From Patescibacteria group bacterium (GTDB taxonomy: Bacteria; Patescibacteriota; Patescibacteriia; Patescibacteriales; UBA12465): 64,000 nt of DNA. The first letter of the stretch is position 1; the number at the start of each line of letters is the position of its first letter. The translations under genes were made by a program, and so were the position numbers. Positions 27,927 to 37,714 of this stretch are shown one piece after another. The notes under the pieces were generated by a model that was not told where the DNA came from, did no database searches, and was given only the letters and a program-made list of their open reading frames with translations. The stretch lies in the NCBI GenBank assembly GCA_016938835.1, contig JAFGTW010000037.1, positions 9,918 to 73,917 of the forward strand, in the 5' to 3' direction.

Positions 27927-29327
27927 ATGGATTTATATTTATATAACAGTTTGAATTTAAAAAAAGAAAAGTTTATCCCTTTGAAAAAAGGAGCGGTTGG
28001 CCTCTATACTTGTGGGCCGACCGTTTATAATTTTGCCCATTTGGGCAATTTACGCACTTATTTATTTGAAGATTTTTTAGTCCGAACCCTTGTCTATAAT
28101 GGTTATAAATTAAAGCGAGTGATGAATATAACTGATGTCGGTCATCTCAGTGGTGATATGGATATGGGCGAGGATAAGGTGGAAGCGGAGGCAACTCGTG
28201 AGGGGCGCAGCGCTTGGGATATTACTGCTTATTATACTGATGCTTTTCAGGAAGATTTAAAATTACTTAATGTCACCCCACCTGATGTTTGGTGTCGGGC
28301 AACTGAACATATTAATGAGCAGATTGATTTAATTAAAACCTTGGAGAATAAAGGTTATACCTATATTACTAGTGATGGTGTCTATTTTGATACTTCAAAA
28401 TTTTCTGATTATAATCGTCTTAGCCATCTGGATTTAGATGAGTTGCAAGAGGGGGCAAGGGTAGAGAAGAATGAGGAAAAGAAAAATTTAACTGATTTTG
28501 CGCTTTGGAAATTTTCTCCAATTGGCAGTAAAAGGCAAATGGAGTGGAGCTCCCCTTGGGGTATTGGTTTCCCTGGTTGGCATTTGGAATGTTCAGCTAT
28601 GAGTCTGAAATATTTAGGAGAAACTTTTGATATCCATTGTGGTGGTATTGATCATGTTAATATTCACCACACCAATGAGATTGCTCAGAGTGAAGCCGCA
28701 ACAGGGAAGAAATTTGTTAATTATTGGTTACACGGTGCTTTTTTAAATATTGCTGGTGGCAAAAAGATGGCTAAAAGTGAGGATAATTTTTTAACACTTG
28801 ATAAATCTTTAGTTAAAAAAGGGCTTAATCCTTTAGCTTATCGTTTCGCTGCTTTGCAAGTTCATTATCGTAAGCCCATGGAATATAGCGAGGATAGCTT
28901 GCGTCAGGCTGAAAATGCTTTAGAGTCTTTAATAAATCAGGTGGCTGCTTTAAAAGATGAGCCTGGTCAAATTGATGAAGTTTATCAAGTAGATTTTCAA
29001 ACGGCTATTAATGATGATTTAAATATGCCTCAAGCTTTGGCGGTTTTATTTAAAATGCTTAAGTCAGATTTATCAGATAGCGATAAACTAGCTGGCGTAA
29101 TAAATTTTGATCAGGTTTTAGGATTATCTCTTCTTAGTCAGGCGGCTTCTAAAGCTGATATTGAGGAAACTGATTTGCCAGAGGAAGTTAAAATTTTATT
29201 AAATAAGCGTGAGCAGGCTAGGGTTGATAAAAATTGGGAGCTGGCTGATAGCTTGCGTGATGATATTAAGCGGGCTGGTTATAATCTTGAAGACAATAGT
29301 GATGGACAGCTAATAAAGAAAATATAG
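27927..29327 (+). CDS. cysS: Cysteine--tRNA ligase
   Basis: YTCGPTVY, HLGN, DFALWK, GFPGWHLECS, KMAKS; ATG 27927 preferred over 27906. Confidence 0.96.
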   Translation: MDLYLYNSLNLKKEKFIPLKKGAVGLYTCGPTVYNFAHLGNLRTYLFEDFLVRTLVYNGYKLKRVMNITDVGHLSGDMDMGEDKVEAEATREGRSAWDITAYYTDAFQEDLKLLNVTPPDVWCRATEHINEQIDLIKTLENKGYTYITSDGVYFDTSKFSDYNRLSHLDLDELQEGARVEKNEEKKNLTDFALWKFSPIGSKRQMEWSSPWGIGFPGWHLECSAMSLKYLGETFDIHCGGIDHVNIHHTNEIAQSEAATGKKFVNYWLHGAFLNIAGGKKMAKSEDNFLTLDKSLVKKGLNPLAYRFAALQVHYRKPMEYSEDSLRQAENALESLINQVAALKDEPGQIDEVYQVDFQTAINDDLNMPQALAVLFKMLKSDLSDSDKLAGVINFDQVLGLSLLSQAASKADIEETDLPEEVKILLNKREQARVDKNWELADSLRDDIKRAGYNLEDNSDGQLIKKI

Positions 29328-29328
29328 A

Positions 29329-30303
29329 ATGAATAATAATTTTTGGGAGAAATTAAAAGATGAAGGGAGGCCAATCTTGGCTTTAGCTCCGATGGCTGGT
29401 TTTACCGATATTGCTTTTCGGCAAATTTGTGCCGATTTTGGGGCTGATGTTACTTATAGTGAAATGGCTTCATCTACGGCTCTTTTTTATAATCAAAAAA
29501 AATTAAAGAACAACGAAACTCTAAAGCTTTTGCAATGGGATAAAAAAAGAGAGGGAAAATACGTAGTTCAGCTCTTTGGCGCTACGCCGGAACATTTTGC
29601 GGTTGCTGCCAAAATTGTTAGTCGTGAAATTAAACCTCATGGTCTCGATATTAATTTTGGCTGTCCAGTGGGAAAAGTAATTAAGCAGGGAGCAGGGGCA
29701 GAATTAATGAGAAATCCAAAACAGGCCAGAGAGGTAATCAAAGCAGTTTTATCTGCTAGTTCTTTACCCCTAGCAATAAAGATTAGGGCGAAATCAGGAG
29801 ATGTAACAGCAGTAGAGTTTATGAAGAACTTAAGCGACTTGCCTATTGCTGCTTTAATGATTCATGGCCGTAGTCTTGCCGAAGGTTTTAATGGCATACC
29901 AGATTTTAGTTTAGTTAAAAAGATTAGACCTTTTTTTAAAGGGGTTATTTTAATGAATGGGGGAATTGTTGATTTAGTCTCAGCTGAAAGTTCTTTAGAT
30001 TTAAGTGGTGCTGATGGTCTTGCCTTGGCTCGAGGTGCTTTAGCACGACCTTGGTTATTTCAGGAAATTAAAGAGAAGAAAATAATAGAATATAGCCAGG
30101 GTCAAATTAGTAATCTGCTATATCGTCATGCCGCCTTATTAGTAAAGTTAAAAGGAGAGTCAGCGTTAGTTGAGTGGCGCAAGCAGGCCTGTTGGTATGT
30201 GCAGGGTCTTCCTGGTGCCAGCAAGTTACGCAGTCTCTTAGTTCGGGTTTCAACCTTAGAAGAATTGAAAAATATTTTAAAAAATTATGATCTTAACGAT
30301 TGA
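29329..30303 (+). CDS. dusB: tRNA-dihydrouridine synthase (DusB-like)
   Basis: LAPMAG, QLFG, DINFGCP, KIR, IHGR, NGGI, ARGALARPWLF. Confidence 0.88.
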   Translation: MNNNFWEKLKDEGRPILALAPMAGFTDIAFRQICADFGADVTYSEMASSTALFYNQKKLKNNETLKLLQWDKKREGKYVVQLFGATPEHFAVAAKIVSREIKPHGLDINFGCPVGKVIKQGAGAELMRNPKQAREVIKAVLSASSLPLAIKIRAKSGDVTAVEFMKNLSDLPIAALMIHGRSLAEGFNGIPDFSLVKKIRPFFKGVILMNGGIVDLVSAESSLDLSGADGLALARGALARPWLFQEIKEKKIIEYSQGQISNLLYRHAALLVKLKGESALVEWRKQACWYVQGLPGASKLRSLLVRVSTLEELKNILKNYDLND

Positions 30304-30661
30304 TACAACTATTGAACCGGATATTTTGGTTTCTTTAAGTGATGGCACTAAAAATTATACGAAAAGAGTAGCTGCTCCGCGTCAACAAGCGGAAAAACTT
30401 TTACCGACTATTACCCAGATTTTAAAGAGTAAAAAAGTTAGTTGGAAAAAAATTAAAGAAATAAGAGTTCAAAATCAGGGTGGTAATTTTACTTCTTTGC
30501 GCATTGGTGTATTAACGGCCAATGCTTTGGCTTATGCTCTTGGAATTAAAGTTGAATCTTTAGAGGGCGAAGAATTTTTTGATTTTAAAGGAGGGCGCGC
30601 AGTAAAGCCAGAGTATAAAGGGGATCCAAATATTGGCAAAAAAAAGGGTCCAGCCTGTTGA
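30287..30661 (+). CDS. tsaB: Minimal TsaB (t6A biosynthesis), N-terminal domain only
   Basis: LTIDT, EKLLP, GGNFTSLRIG (cf. GPGSFTGLRIG), ANALAYALGI. Confidence 0.78.
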   Translation: MILTIDTTIEPDILVSLSDGTKNYTKRVAAPRQQAEKLLPTITQILKSKKVSWKKIKEIRVQNQGGNFTSLRIGVLTANALAYALGIKVESLEGEEFFDFKGGRAVKPEYKGDPNIGKKKGPAC

Positions 30662-30689
30662 TAACTTTTTAGCTATTATTTATAAAGAC

Positions 30690-30721
30690 AAGACGACTTG
30701 TGGAAAAAGTTGTCTTTTTTT
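30690..30721 (+). terminator. Terminator after cysS-dus-tsaB, with a DnaA-box-like 9-mer over the loop
   Basis: aagacgactt-gtggaaa-aagttgtctt plus T-tract. Confidence 0.65.
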
Positions 30722-30754
30722 AATTTTCCCCTTATTTTTATGGGTTTTATATAG

Positions 30755-30820
30755 TTGACCGTAGGGGCCAGGTGGTGTATAATTAAATCATTAAGGTGAA
30801 AAGTGGGGAATGATGGTGAA
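30755..30820 (+). promoter_or_regulatory. mraZ (dcw) promoter plus MraZ-binding direct repeats
   Basis: TTGACC-17-TATAAT (30755-30783); aGGtGAA/tGGgGAA/tGGtGAA at 30794, 30804, 30814 (10-bp period). Confidence 0.8.
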
Positions 30821-30856
30821 TTAACTTGTTGACACTTTATCCCCCGACAAAGCTCT

Positions 30857-31288
30857 ATGTTCATCGGTGAATACAATCACAACTTAGATGATAAGGGGCG
30901 TTTAGCCATTCCGGCTAAATTTCGACTTATTTTAAAAAAGGGTGCGGTGGTTACCAAGGGTTTGGATAACTGCTTATTTTTGTATTCAAAAGAACAATTT
31001 GAAAAAATTGCCAAAAAGTTTGCCGCCTTGCCAATTAGTCAGGCAAAAGCACGTGCTTTTTCTCGTCACATGTTGGCCGGCGCGATGGATGTTGACTTTG
31101 ATAATCAGGGAAGAGTAACTTTGCCTGAATATTTACGGAAATTTTCAGGTTTAAAAAAGGGTGTTATTATCGCTGGTCTTTATAATCATTTAGAAATTTG
31201 GGATGAGGCCGCCTGGAATAAATATAAGCAGACAGCTGAAGAAAATAGCAACAGCATTGCTGAAGAATTAGGTGATTTAGGAATTTAG
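30857..31288 (+). CDS. mraZ: Division/cell wall cluster repressor MraZ
   Basis: MFIGEY..LDDKGRLAIPAKFR; DNQGRVTLP; HLEIWD. Confidence 0.97.
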   Translation: MFIGEYNHNLDDKGRLAIPAKFRLILKKGAVVTKGLDNCLFLYSKEQFEKIAKKFAALPISQAKARAFSRHMLAGAMDVDFDNQGRVTLPEYLRKFSGLKKGVIIAGLYNHLEIWDEAAWNKYKQTAEENSNSIAEELGDLGI

Positions 31289-31289
31289 T

Positions 31290-32231
31290 ATGGCGTATAA
31301 GCATATACCAGTTCTACTAGAAGAAGTTCTAAGTGTCTTAAATCCACTACCCGGTCAAACTTATATTGATTGTACTCTTGGCGGAACTTCATATACGAGA
31401 GCTATTGCTAAGCTTGTTGGTAAAAAGGGTAGAGTAATCAGTATTGATGCTGATGAAATGGCTATAAAAAATGCCGAGGGCATTCTTAAAAATGATAATT
31501 TTCAAAACGTAAGTTTGGTTCACGACAATTTTAGAAATTTAGAGGCTATCGCCAAAGAGTATACACCAGAAGGAGTAGATGGAATCGTGTTTGATCTCGG
31601 TCTATCTTCAGCTCAGCTAGACGATGAGTTAAGAGGTTTTTCCTTTCAAGGCGATAGGCCATTGGATATGGCCTTTGGTGTCGGTGAGTCTGTTAGTACG
31701 ATTAATCTTATAAATTCCTCTTCCTTATCGGAGTTAACTAGAATTTTTAGAGAATTAGGAGAAGAGCCTCAAGCTTATCGCTTGGCTAAGGAAATTATTA
31801 CCGCTCGTAAACATAAAAAAATAGAAAGCACCAAAGAACTAGTAGATATTATTTTAAAAATTACACCCGCTCGATTCTTGAAATCAAGAATTCACCCAGC
31901 TACTCGTGTCTTTCAAGCTTTACGCTTAGCTACTAATGATGAATTTGGAAGTTTAAAGGAAGCTTTGTTGGCTACTGCTGACATCTTAAAAATCGGTGGT
32001 CGCTTGGCAGTAGTTTCATTTCATAGTGGTGAGGACCGAATTGTTAAACAATGGCTGAAGCAAGAGAGTAGTGATTGTCTTTGTCCACCGCAAGCCCCTG
32101 TTTGTATCTGTAATCATCAAGCTCGTTTTAAGGTGATAGCCAAAAAACCACTAATGGCTTCTAATGAAGAATTAAAGACTAACCCTCGTGCGCGTAGTGC
32201 TAAACTAAGAGTGGCAGAAAAAATTAGTTAA
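31290..32231 (+). CDS. rsmH: 16S rRNA m4C1402 methyltransferase
   Basis: HIPVLL, DCTLG, FDLGLSSAQLD..RGFSF, HPATRVFQALR, SFHSGEDR, NPRARSAKLR. Confidence 0.97.
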   Translation: MAYKHIPVLLEEVLSVLNPLPGQTYIDCTLGGTSYTRAIAKLVGKKGRVISIDADEMAIKNAEGILKNDNFQNVSLVHDNFRNLEAIAKEYTPEGVDGIVFDLGLSSAQLDDELRGFSFQGDRPLDMAFGVGESVSTINLINSSSLSELTRIFRELGEEPQAYRLAKEIITARKHKKIESTKELVDIILKITPARFLKSRIHPATRVFQALRLATNDEFGSLKEALLATADILKIGGRLAVVSFHSGEDRIVKQWLKQESSDCLCPPQAPVCICNHQARFKVIAKKPLMASNEELKTNPRARSAKLRVAEKIS

Positions 32232-32282
32232 TTTTCAAACTATATATTTACGACCTTTAAGGGGTCGGCTAACATTCTTGAT

Positions 32283-32618
32283 ATGATGACTAACCACAAT
32301 AAAAAAATAAACAAAAAACGCCAGCTAAAGCAGTCTTCTTACTGGCGGACAATTAATGCCTTTCTTAGTATTTCTTGCCTTGTTTTCGGAATAGTTTATC
32401 TTATTGGGATGAATGATCTAACGGTTAAGGGTTTTGTGCTTAACGATTTAAAGGGTCAGCTAAGCATGTTATCTGAGGAAAATCAGGATTTACAAACTCG
32501 CTCTTTAACTTTGCAATCATATACTGCTCTTTCTCCTCGTTTACAGGATTTAAATATGGTAGCGGTAGACGATGTTGCTTATTTATCTCCACAAGCATCT
32601 ACACTGGCTAAAAAATAA
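32283..32618 (+). CDS. ftsL: FtsL-like cell division protein
   Basis: Basic N-terminus, one TM, leucine-zipper coiled coil; located between rsmH and ftsI. Confidence 0.65.
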   Translation: MMTNHNKKINKKRQLKQSSYWRTINAFLSISCLVFGIVYLIGMNDLTVKGFVLNDLKGQLSMLSEENQDLQTRSLTLQSYTALSPRLQDLNMVAVDDVAYLSPQASTLAKK

Positions 32619-32631
32619 AATTGCTTAGCTT

Positions 32632-34707
32632 ATGTGGAGAGAAAATCGTCCAAAAAATAAAGAAAAAAATAATATTATTTCGCGTTTGCGCCTCTTTGCG
32701 GCGCTTATTTTTTTATTACTCTTAGCCCTGATTTATCGTTTATATTATTTACAATTAAATCAAGGCGACTGGTATGAATCTTTAGCCACAGGTCAACATC
32801 AGGTATCCACCCTACTTCAAGCCGATAGAGGTAAAATAATGCTACACGAAAAATTAAATGATCAAGAGCGCTTATATCCTTTAGCGACAAATAAGGATTT
32901 TGCTTTTATATATACAGTGCCTAAAGATATTAATGATCCACAAATGATGGCAGAAAAATTATTTGATTTTTTTGATAGAGCCGCTTTAGCGGAGGGTATT
33001 AATGAGGAATTAGATAAGCAGGAAGATAATACTTTACAGTATGAGATTGATACTATTCAAGCTTCAGAAGTGAGTGATGAAGATAAGGTGTCCAGGATTA
33101 AAGCCGCTCAAGCTTTAGCGGTTTCTAAAAAACTTGATCCAGATTTTTTAGAATTAAGAGAAATTACTATTGACAGACTGATTAAAGAGCGCAAAGAAGA
33201 GGGCATAACAAATTATCTAAAAAAAGTTGATAAACCAGGTGACCCTTATGAACCCTTAAAAGCAAAGGTTGATGACAATGAATTGACTTCATTTTATGCT
33301 TATTTTGCCAGTACCAATGAAAGAATGATTAACCCGGCTGACCTAGAAAGACGCTTAGATCAGATTGTTTTTAAGGATAGCGGCAAGATTGTGAAAATTG
33401 ATGGCATTGGTTTTAATTTAGAAACTTATCGTTATTATCCTGAAAACAATACAGCCGCTAATATTGTGGGTTTTGTTAGTAATATAGATAACAAAGAAAG
33501 CGGTCGTTATGGCTTAGAGGAATTTTTTAATGATGAATTATCAGGAATAAATGGTTCTCTTAAGGGTGAACGTGGTCTGAGCAATACCATTATTGTTAAT
33601 GATCGTGAGTATATTAAACCACAGGCGGGTAGTGATTTGATCCTAACAATTGATCGTAGCGCTCAATTTAAGGCTTGTGCTTCTTTAGAGGAGTCAGTGA
33701 AGGCTCATCATGCTAAGGGCGGAAGCGTAATTGCTGTTAATGCTAAAACAGGAGCAATTATTGCGATGTGCTCCGTGCCCAGTTTTGATCCTAATAATTA
33801 TAAAGATGTAGACGATATTAAAGTCTATAATAATCCAGTTATTTTATATCAATATGAACCCGGCTCTGTTTTTAAAGTGATTACAATGGCAGCGGCTATT
33901 GATCAGGGGAAGGTTTCTCCTAGTACAACTTACAAAGATGAGGGTCAAATTATGATTCATGGTTGGCCTAAGCCAATTAGCAATTCTGATTATAGTACTT
34001 TTGGACCGCATGGTGTGGTTGATATGAATTCAGTTTTGGAGAATTCACTAAACACTGGAGCAATTTTTGCTATGCTGCAAATAGGACCAGAAACTTTTGC
34101 TAATTATGTTAAGGATTTTGGTTTTGGTGAAGGAACGGGAATTGAACTTGGATCAGAAAGTCCAGGTAATATTAATAATTTATTGAGTAATAAAATTAAA
34201 GAGATTGATGCTGCGACTGCTTCATTTGGACAGGGAATTGCTGTTACTCCTTTACAGATGCTTATGTCCTACCAAGCTTTAGCCAATAAGGGCACTTTAA
34301 TGAAGCCATATATTGTCCAGGAAATAAGACATCAAGATGGCAAAATTGATGAATCAAAGCCACAAGCTTTACGACAAGTAGTATCCACACAAACAGCTAA
34401 TACGATTTTAGCAATGTTAGTTAATGTAGTCGAAAGTGGTCATGCTAAAGGTGCACAAATACCTGGATATTATGTTGGAGGTAAGACGGGTACGGCTCAG
34501 GTAGCAAATGTTGGTGGTTATAGTAATGAGGATTATATTCATACATTTATCGGCATCGCGCCTATTGACGATCCACAAATAGTTATGTTAACTAAGATTG
34601 ACTCTCCTCGTGATGATCGTTTTGCTGAGAGTACAGCTGTGCCCCTCTGGCACGATATTGCTGATTTTCTTCTTAAGTATTATCAGATTCCAAAAACAAG
34701 GAAATAA
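32632..34707 (+). CDS. ftsI: Class B penicillin-binding protein (FtsI-like)
   Basis: RGKI, RYYP, GLE, LTID, EPGSVFK (SxxK), SLN, KTGTAQ. Confidence 0.9.
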   Translation: MWRENRPKNKEKNNIISRLRLFAALIFLLLLALIYRLYYLQLNQGDWYESLATGQHQVSTLLQADRGKIMLHEKLNDQERLYPLATNKDFAFIYTVPKDINDPQMMAEKLFDFFDRAALAEGINEELDKQEDNTLQYEIDTIQASEVSDEDKVSRIKAAQALAVSKKLDPDFLELREITIDRLIKERKEEGITNYLKKVDKPGDPYEPLKAKVDDNELTSFYAYFASTNERMINPADLERRLDQIVFKDSGKIVKIDGIGFNLETYRYYPENNTAANIVGFVSNIDNKESGRYGLEEFFNDELSGINGSLKGERGLSNTIIVNDREYIKPQAGSDLILTIDRSAQFKACASLEESVKAHHAKGGSVIAVNAKTGAIIAMCSVPSFDPNNYKDVDDIKVYNNPVILYQYEPGSVFKVITMAAAIDQGKVSPSTTYKDEGQIMIHGWPKPISNSDYSTFGPHGVVDMNSVLENSLNTGAIFAMLQIGPETFANYVKDFGFGEGTGIELGSESPGNINNLLSNKIKEIDAATASFGQGIAVTPLQMLMSYQALANKGTLMKPYIVQEIRHQDGKIDESKPQALRQVVSTQTANTILAMLVNVVESGHAKGAQIPGYYVGGKTGTAQVANVGGYSNEDYIHTFIGIAPIDDPQIVMLTKIDSPRDDRFAESTAVPLWHDIADFLLKYYQIPKTRK

Positions 34708-34723
34708 AGTGTTTTAAATATAT

Positions 34724-36007
34724 ATGAAAAAGTTTCTACATCTACAATTAAAATTTTTTACTTCTCTAATTTTGCGTAAGTATCATCCAGAAATTATTGC
34801 TGTTAGCGGCTCTATTGGTAAAACTAGTACCAAGGAAATGATTTATTCCATTTTGTCTTCACGATTTTCAACTAGAACTAGTATTAAAAATTATAATAAT
34901 GAAATTGGTGTACCGTTAACTATTATTGGAGTAGAGTCACCAGGCTCATCTGTACTGGGGTGGGTAAAAGTATTTGTCAGGGCCCTGAATCTTTATTTAT
35001 ATAGAGATAAGAATTATCCCAAATACTTAGTTTTAGAGATGGGTATTGATAGACCGGGAGATATGGATTATTTAACGAGGCTAGCGCCACCGTTTATTGC
35101 TGTTATGACAGGGGTTAGTCATTCGCATTTGGAATATTTTGGTTCATTAAATAATATTAAAAAGGAGAAGCAGGTATTAATCGAGCGTGTTGATCGTCGT
35201 GGTTTGAGTGTCTTAAATTATGATAATAAGGAGTCATTAGCTATGGCTGAACTTAGTCCAGCTAGAGTTTTGACTTATGGTTTAAAATCTGGAGCAGATT
35301 TATTAGCACAAGATGTACATTTTAATGCTTCTGATGGTAATTATGATATTGCTGGAGCTAGTTTTAAGCTTAATCATGAGGGAAATATTGTACCAGTGAT
35401 TATGCCTAATATTCTTAGTGAGGGAGGAATTTATGCGGCCCTAGCTGCCACTTCTGTTGCCTTGCATCTCGGTTTAAATTTAATGGAGATTGCCGCTGCA
35501 TTAAGATTTTGCCGTTTACCTTCCGGACGTATGCAGTTATTATCAGGAATTAAGCATACTTTTATTATTGATGACACTTATAATTCTTCACCAGAATCTA
35601 GTATTGCTGCCTTAAAAGTATTAGGTAATATTAAAATCGATATAAATTCTAGTCGTTATGCTATTTTAGGTGACATGCTAGAAATTGGAGCCTATAGTGA
35701 AGATGGCCACAAGTTGGTAGGTAAAGAAGTTTTTGAGAATCATATTGATTATTTAATTAGTGTTGGTGAACGCTCACGTGATATTGATCGAGGAGCTCAA
35801 GCTGCTGGCATGAGTGCTGATTTTATTTTTCATTTTGATAAAACGGAAGCAGCCGGTTTATTTATTCAGGATAGACTGCGTGAAGGTGACGTGGTGTTAA
35901 TAAAAGGCTCTCAGGGGATAAGAATGGAAAAAATTGTTAAGGAAATAATGGAAGAACCGGGGCGAGCAGATGAATTGTTGGTTCGCCAAGGTTCAAGTTG
36001 GGAGTAA
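34724..36007 (+). CDS. murF: UDP-MurNAc-tripeptide--D-Ala-D-Ala ligase
   Basis: GSIGKTSTKE, NNEIGVP, LEMG, DDTYNSSP, LGDMLEIG, LIKGSQG. Confidence 0.93.
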   Translation: MKKFLHLQLKFFTSLILRKYHPEIIAVSGSIGKTSTKEMIYSILSSRFSTRTSIKNYNNEIGVPLTIIGVESPGSSVLGWVKVFVRALNLYLYRDKNYPKYLVLEMGIDRPGDMDYLTRLAPPFIAVMTGVSHSHLEYFGSLNNIKKEKQVLIERVDRRGLSVLNYDNKESLAMAELSPARVLTYGLKSGADLLAQDVHFNASDGNYDIAGASFKLNHEGNIVPVIMPNILSEGGIYAALAATSVALHLGLNLMEIAAALRFCRLPSGRMQLLSGIKHTFIIDDTYNSSPESSIAALKVLGNIKIDINSSRYAILGDMLEIGAYSEDGHKLVGKEVFENHIDYLISVGERSRDIDRGAQAAGMSADFIFHFDKTEAAGLFIQDRLREGDVVLIKGSQGIRMEKIVKEIMEEPGRADELLVRQGSSWE

Positions 36008-36102
36008 TTGAATGGATTAATATGTATTTTGTGGGCTGATTATATTTTTAAAATATAGTTAGCCTTTTTTGATTTTTTAAGAATTTAAGCTATACTCAAA
36101 TT

Positions 36103-36972
36103 ATGACTACTCTTATTCTTGGGGTTGCTGGTAATCTCGGCAGCCAGTTAAAAATAGCTTATGCCGACTCAGATGTGATTGGCTGGGATCGAGTTGATTT
36201 TGATTTTCTTGATTTTGATTTATTAAAGCAAAAATTATTAAAGCTTAAGCCTGGACAAATTATTAATGCGGTTGCTTATAATGCGGTTGATAAATGTGAA
36301 GAGGATGAGAAGGAAGCCAACCTTGCTTGGAAATTAAATCGTGATTTACCAGGTGTTTTAGCGGATTATTGTTTACAAGCTCAGATTCCTTTATTACATT
36401 ATTCAACTGATTATGTTTTTGGCGGAGATGGACGCTTGGCGGGTGCTTATGTTGAAACTGATCAGCCGCAACCGCTTAATATTTACGGTCAAACTAAGTT
36501 AGCTGGAGAACAGGAAATTGCCAGACGGGCTTTGCTCGGATTAAAATATTATATTGTACGTACATCTAAGTTGTTTGGTCCCCTCGGTAAGAGCGAACAC
36601 GCTAAGGCTAGTTTCTTTGATTTAATGCTTAAGCTGTCTGCTGATAAAGAAGAGTTGAAAGTTGTTGATGCGGAAATAAGTTGTTTTACTTACACCCCAG
36701 ATTTAGCTCAAGCTTCCAAATTATTATTGGACGAAAAGGCGGTTAGAGGAATATATCATTTAACTAATTCTGGGGCGGTAACTTGGTATCAAGCTTTGCA
36801 GTATTTCTTTGATATCGCTCAAATAAAAACTCAACTAAGCGCAATTTCGGCCGATGCTTGGCCTCGTCCAGCTAAACGACCAGTATATTCTGCGTTGGCT
36901 AATACTAGGCGTCCACAATTGCGTTCTTGGCAAGAAGCCCTAACGGATTATTGGCATAATAAAAATAAATAA
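36103..36972 (+). CDS. rfbD: dTDP-4-dehydrorhamnose reductase
   Basis: GVAGNLG, AYNAVDKCE, STDYVF, PLNIYGQTKLAGE, PAKRP. Confidence 0.92.
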   Translation: MTTLILGVAGNLGSQLKIAYADSDVIGWDRVDFDFLDFDLLKQKLLKLKPGQIINAVAYNAVDKCEEDEKEANLAWKLNRDLPGVLADYCLQAQIPLLHYSTDYVFGGDGRLAGAYVETDQPQPLNIYGQTKLAGEQEIARRALLGLKYYIVRTSKLFGPLGKSEHAKASFFDLMLKLSADKEELKVVDAEISCFTYTPDLAQASKLLLDEKAVRGIYHLTNSGAVTWYQALQYFFDIAQIKTQLSAISADAWPRPAKRPVYSALANTRRPQLRSWQEALTDYWHNKNK

Positions 36973-36976
36973 ATTT

Positions 36977-37702
36977 ATGAAAGGAATTATTTTGTCTGGG
37001 GGCAGTGGCACCCGCCTCAGACCGCTTACAAAGATTACTAGTAAACAATTACTGCCGATATATAATCGGCCAATGATCTATTATCCTCTTAATACTTTAA
37101 TTAAGGCTGGCATTAAAGAAATATTAATTATAGTTGCACCAGAAAGAGCAGGGGATTATTTAAATTTATTGGGTAGTGGTCGCGAATTTGGGGTTAAGTT
37201 TACTTATGAAATTCAGGATAAGCCTGAAGGTTTGGCTCAAGCTTTTATTATTGGGGAAACATTTATTGGCGATGATAGTGTCACTATGATCTTGGGTGAT
37301 AATATTTTTGAAGATGATTTTACTGAGGAAATCTCTAGTTTTAAGTCTGGTGCTAAAGTTTTTGCTAAACATGTTAGCGATCCAGAAAGGTTTGGCGTGG
37401 TTAGCTTTGACAAGGAAATGAAGGCAGAAAAAATCGTAGAAAAGCCAACTCATTATATCAGTAATAATGCTGTTACTGGTCTTTATGTTTATGATAAGCG
37501 CGTTGTTTCAGCTGCCAAGAGTTTAGTTCCGAGCGTGCGTGGTGAATTAGAAATAACCGACTTAAATAATTGGTATTTAGATAAGGGCGAATTAGAAGTG
37601 GCCATGGTTAAGGGGGAATGGCTTGACGCTGGAACTTTTGAAAGTTTATTGCATGCTCAAAATTTTGCTAAAGAGAAATTAGATAGCAAGATGATTATTT
37701 AA
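36977..37702 (+). CDS. rfbA: Glucose-1-phosphate thymidylyltransferase (short form)
   Basis: GIILSGGSGTRLRP, SKQLLPIY, LGDN, EKP, RGELEITD, WLDAGT. Confidence 0.92.
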   Translation: MKGIILSGGSGTRLRPLTKITSKQLLPIYNRPMIYYPLNTLIKAGIKEILIIVAPERAGDYLNLLGSGREFGVKFTYEIQDKPEGLAQAFIIGETFIGDDSVTMILGDNIFEDDFTEEISSFKSGAKVFAKHVSDPERFGVVSFDKEMKAEKIVEKPTHYISNNAVTGLYVYDKRVVSAAKSLVPSVRGELEITDLNNWYLDKGELEVAMVKGEWLDAGTFESLLHAQNFAKEKLDSKMII

Positions 37703-37714
37703 ATATTAAAAAAA

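Noticed and set aside
30656-30730. oriC
   Set aside because: Only two imperfect DnaA boxes, no dnaA, and no switch in gene orientation.
30676-30876. 66-aa minus ORF
   Set aside because: Spans the mraZ promoter, operator and start.
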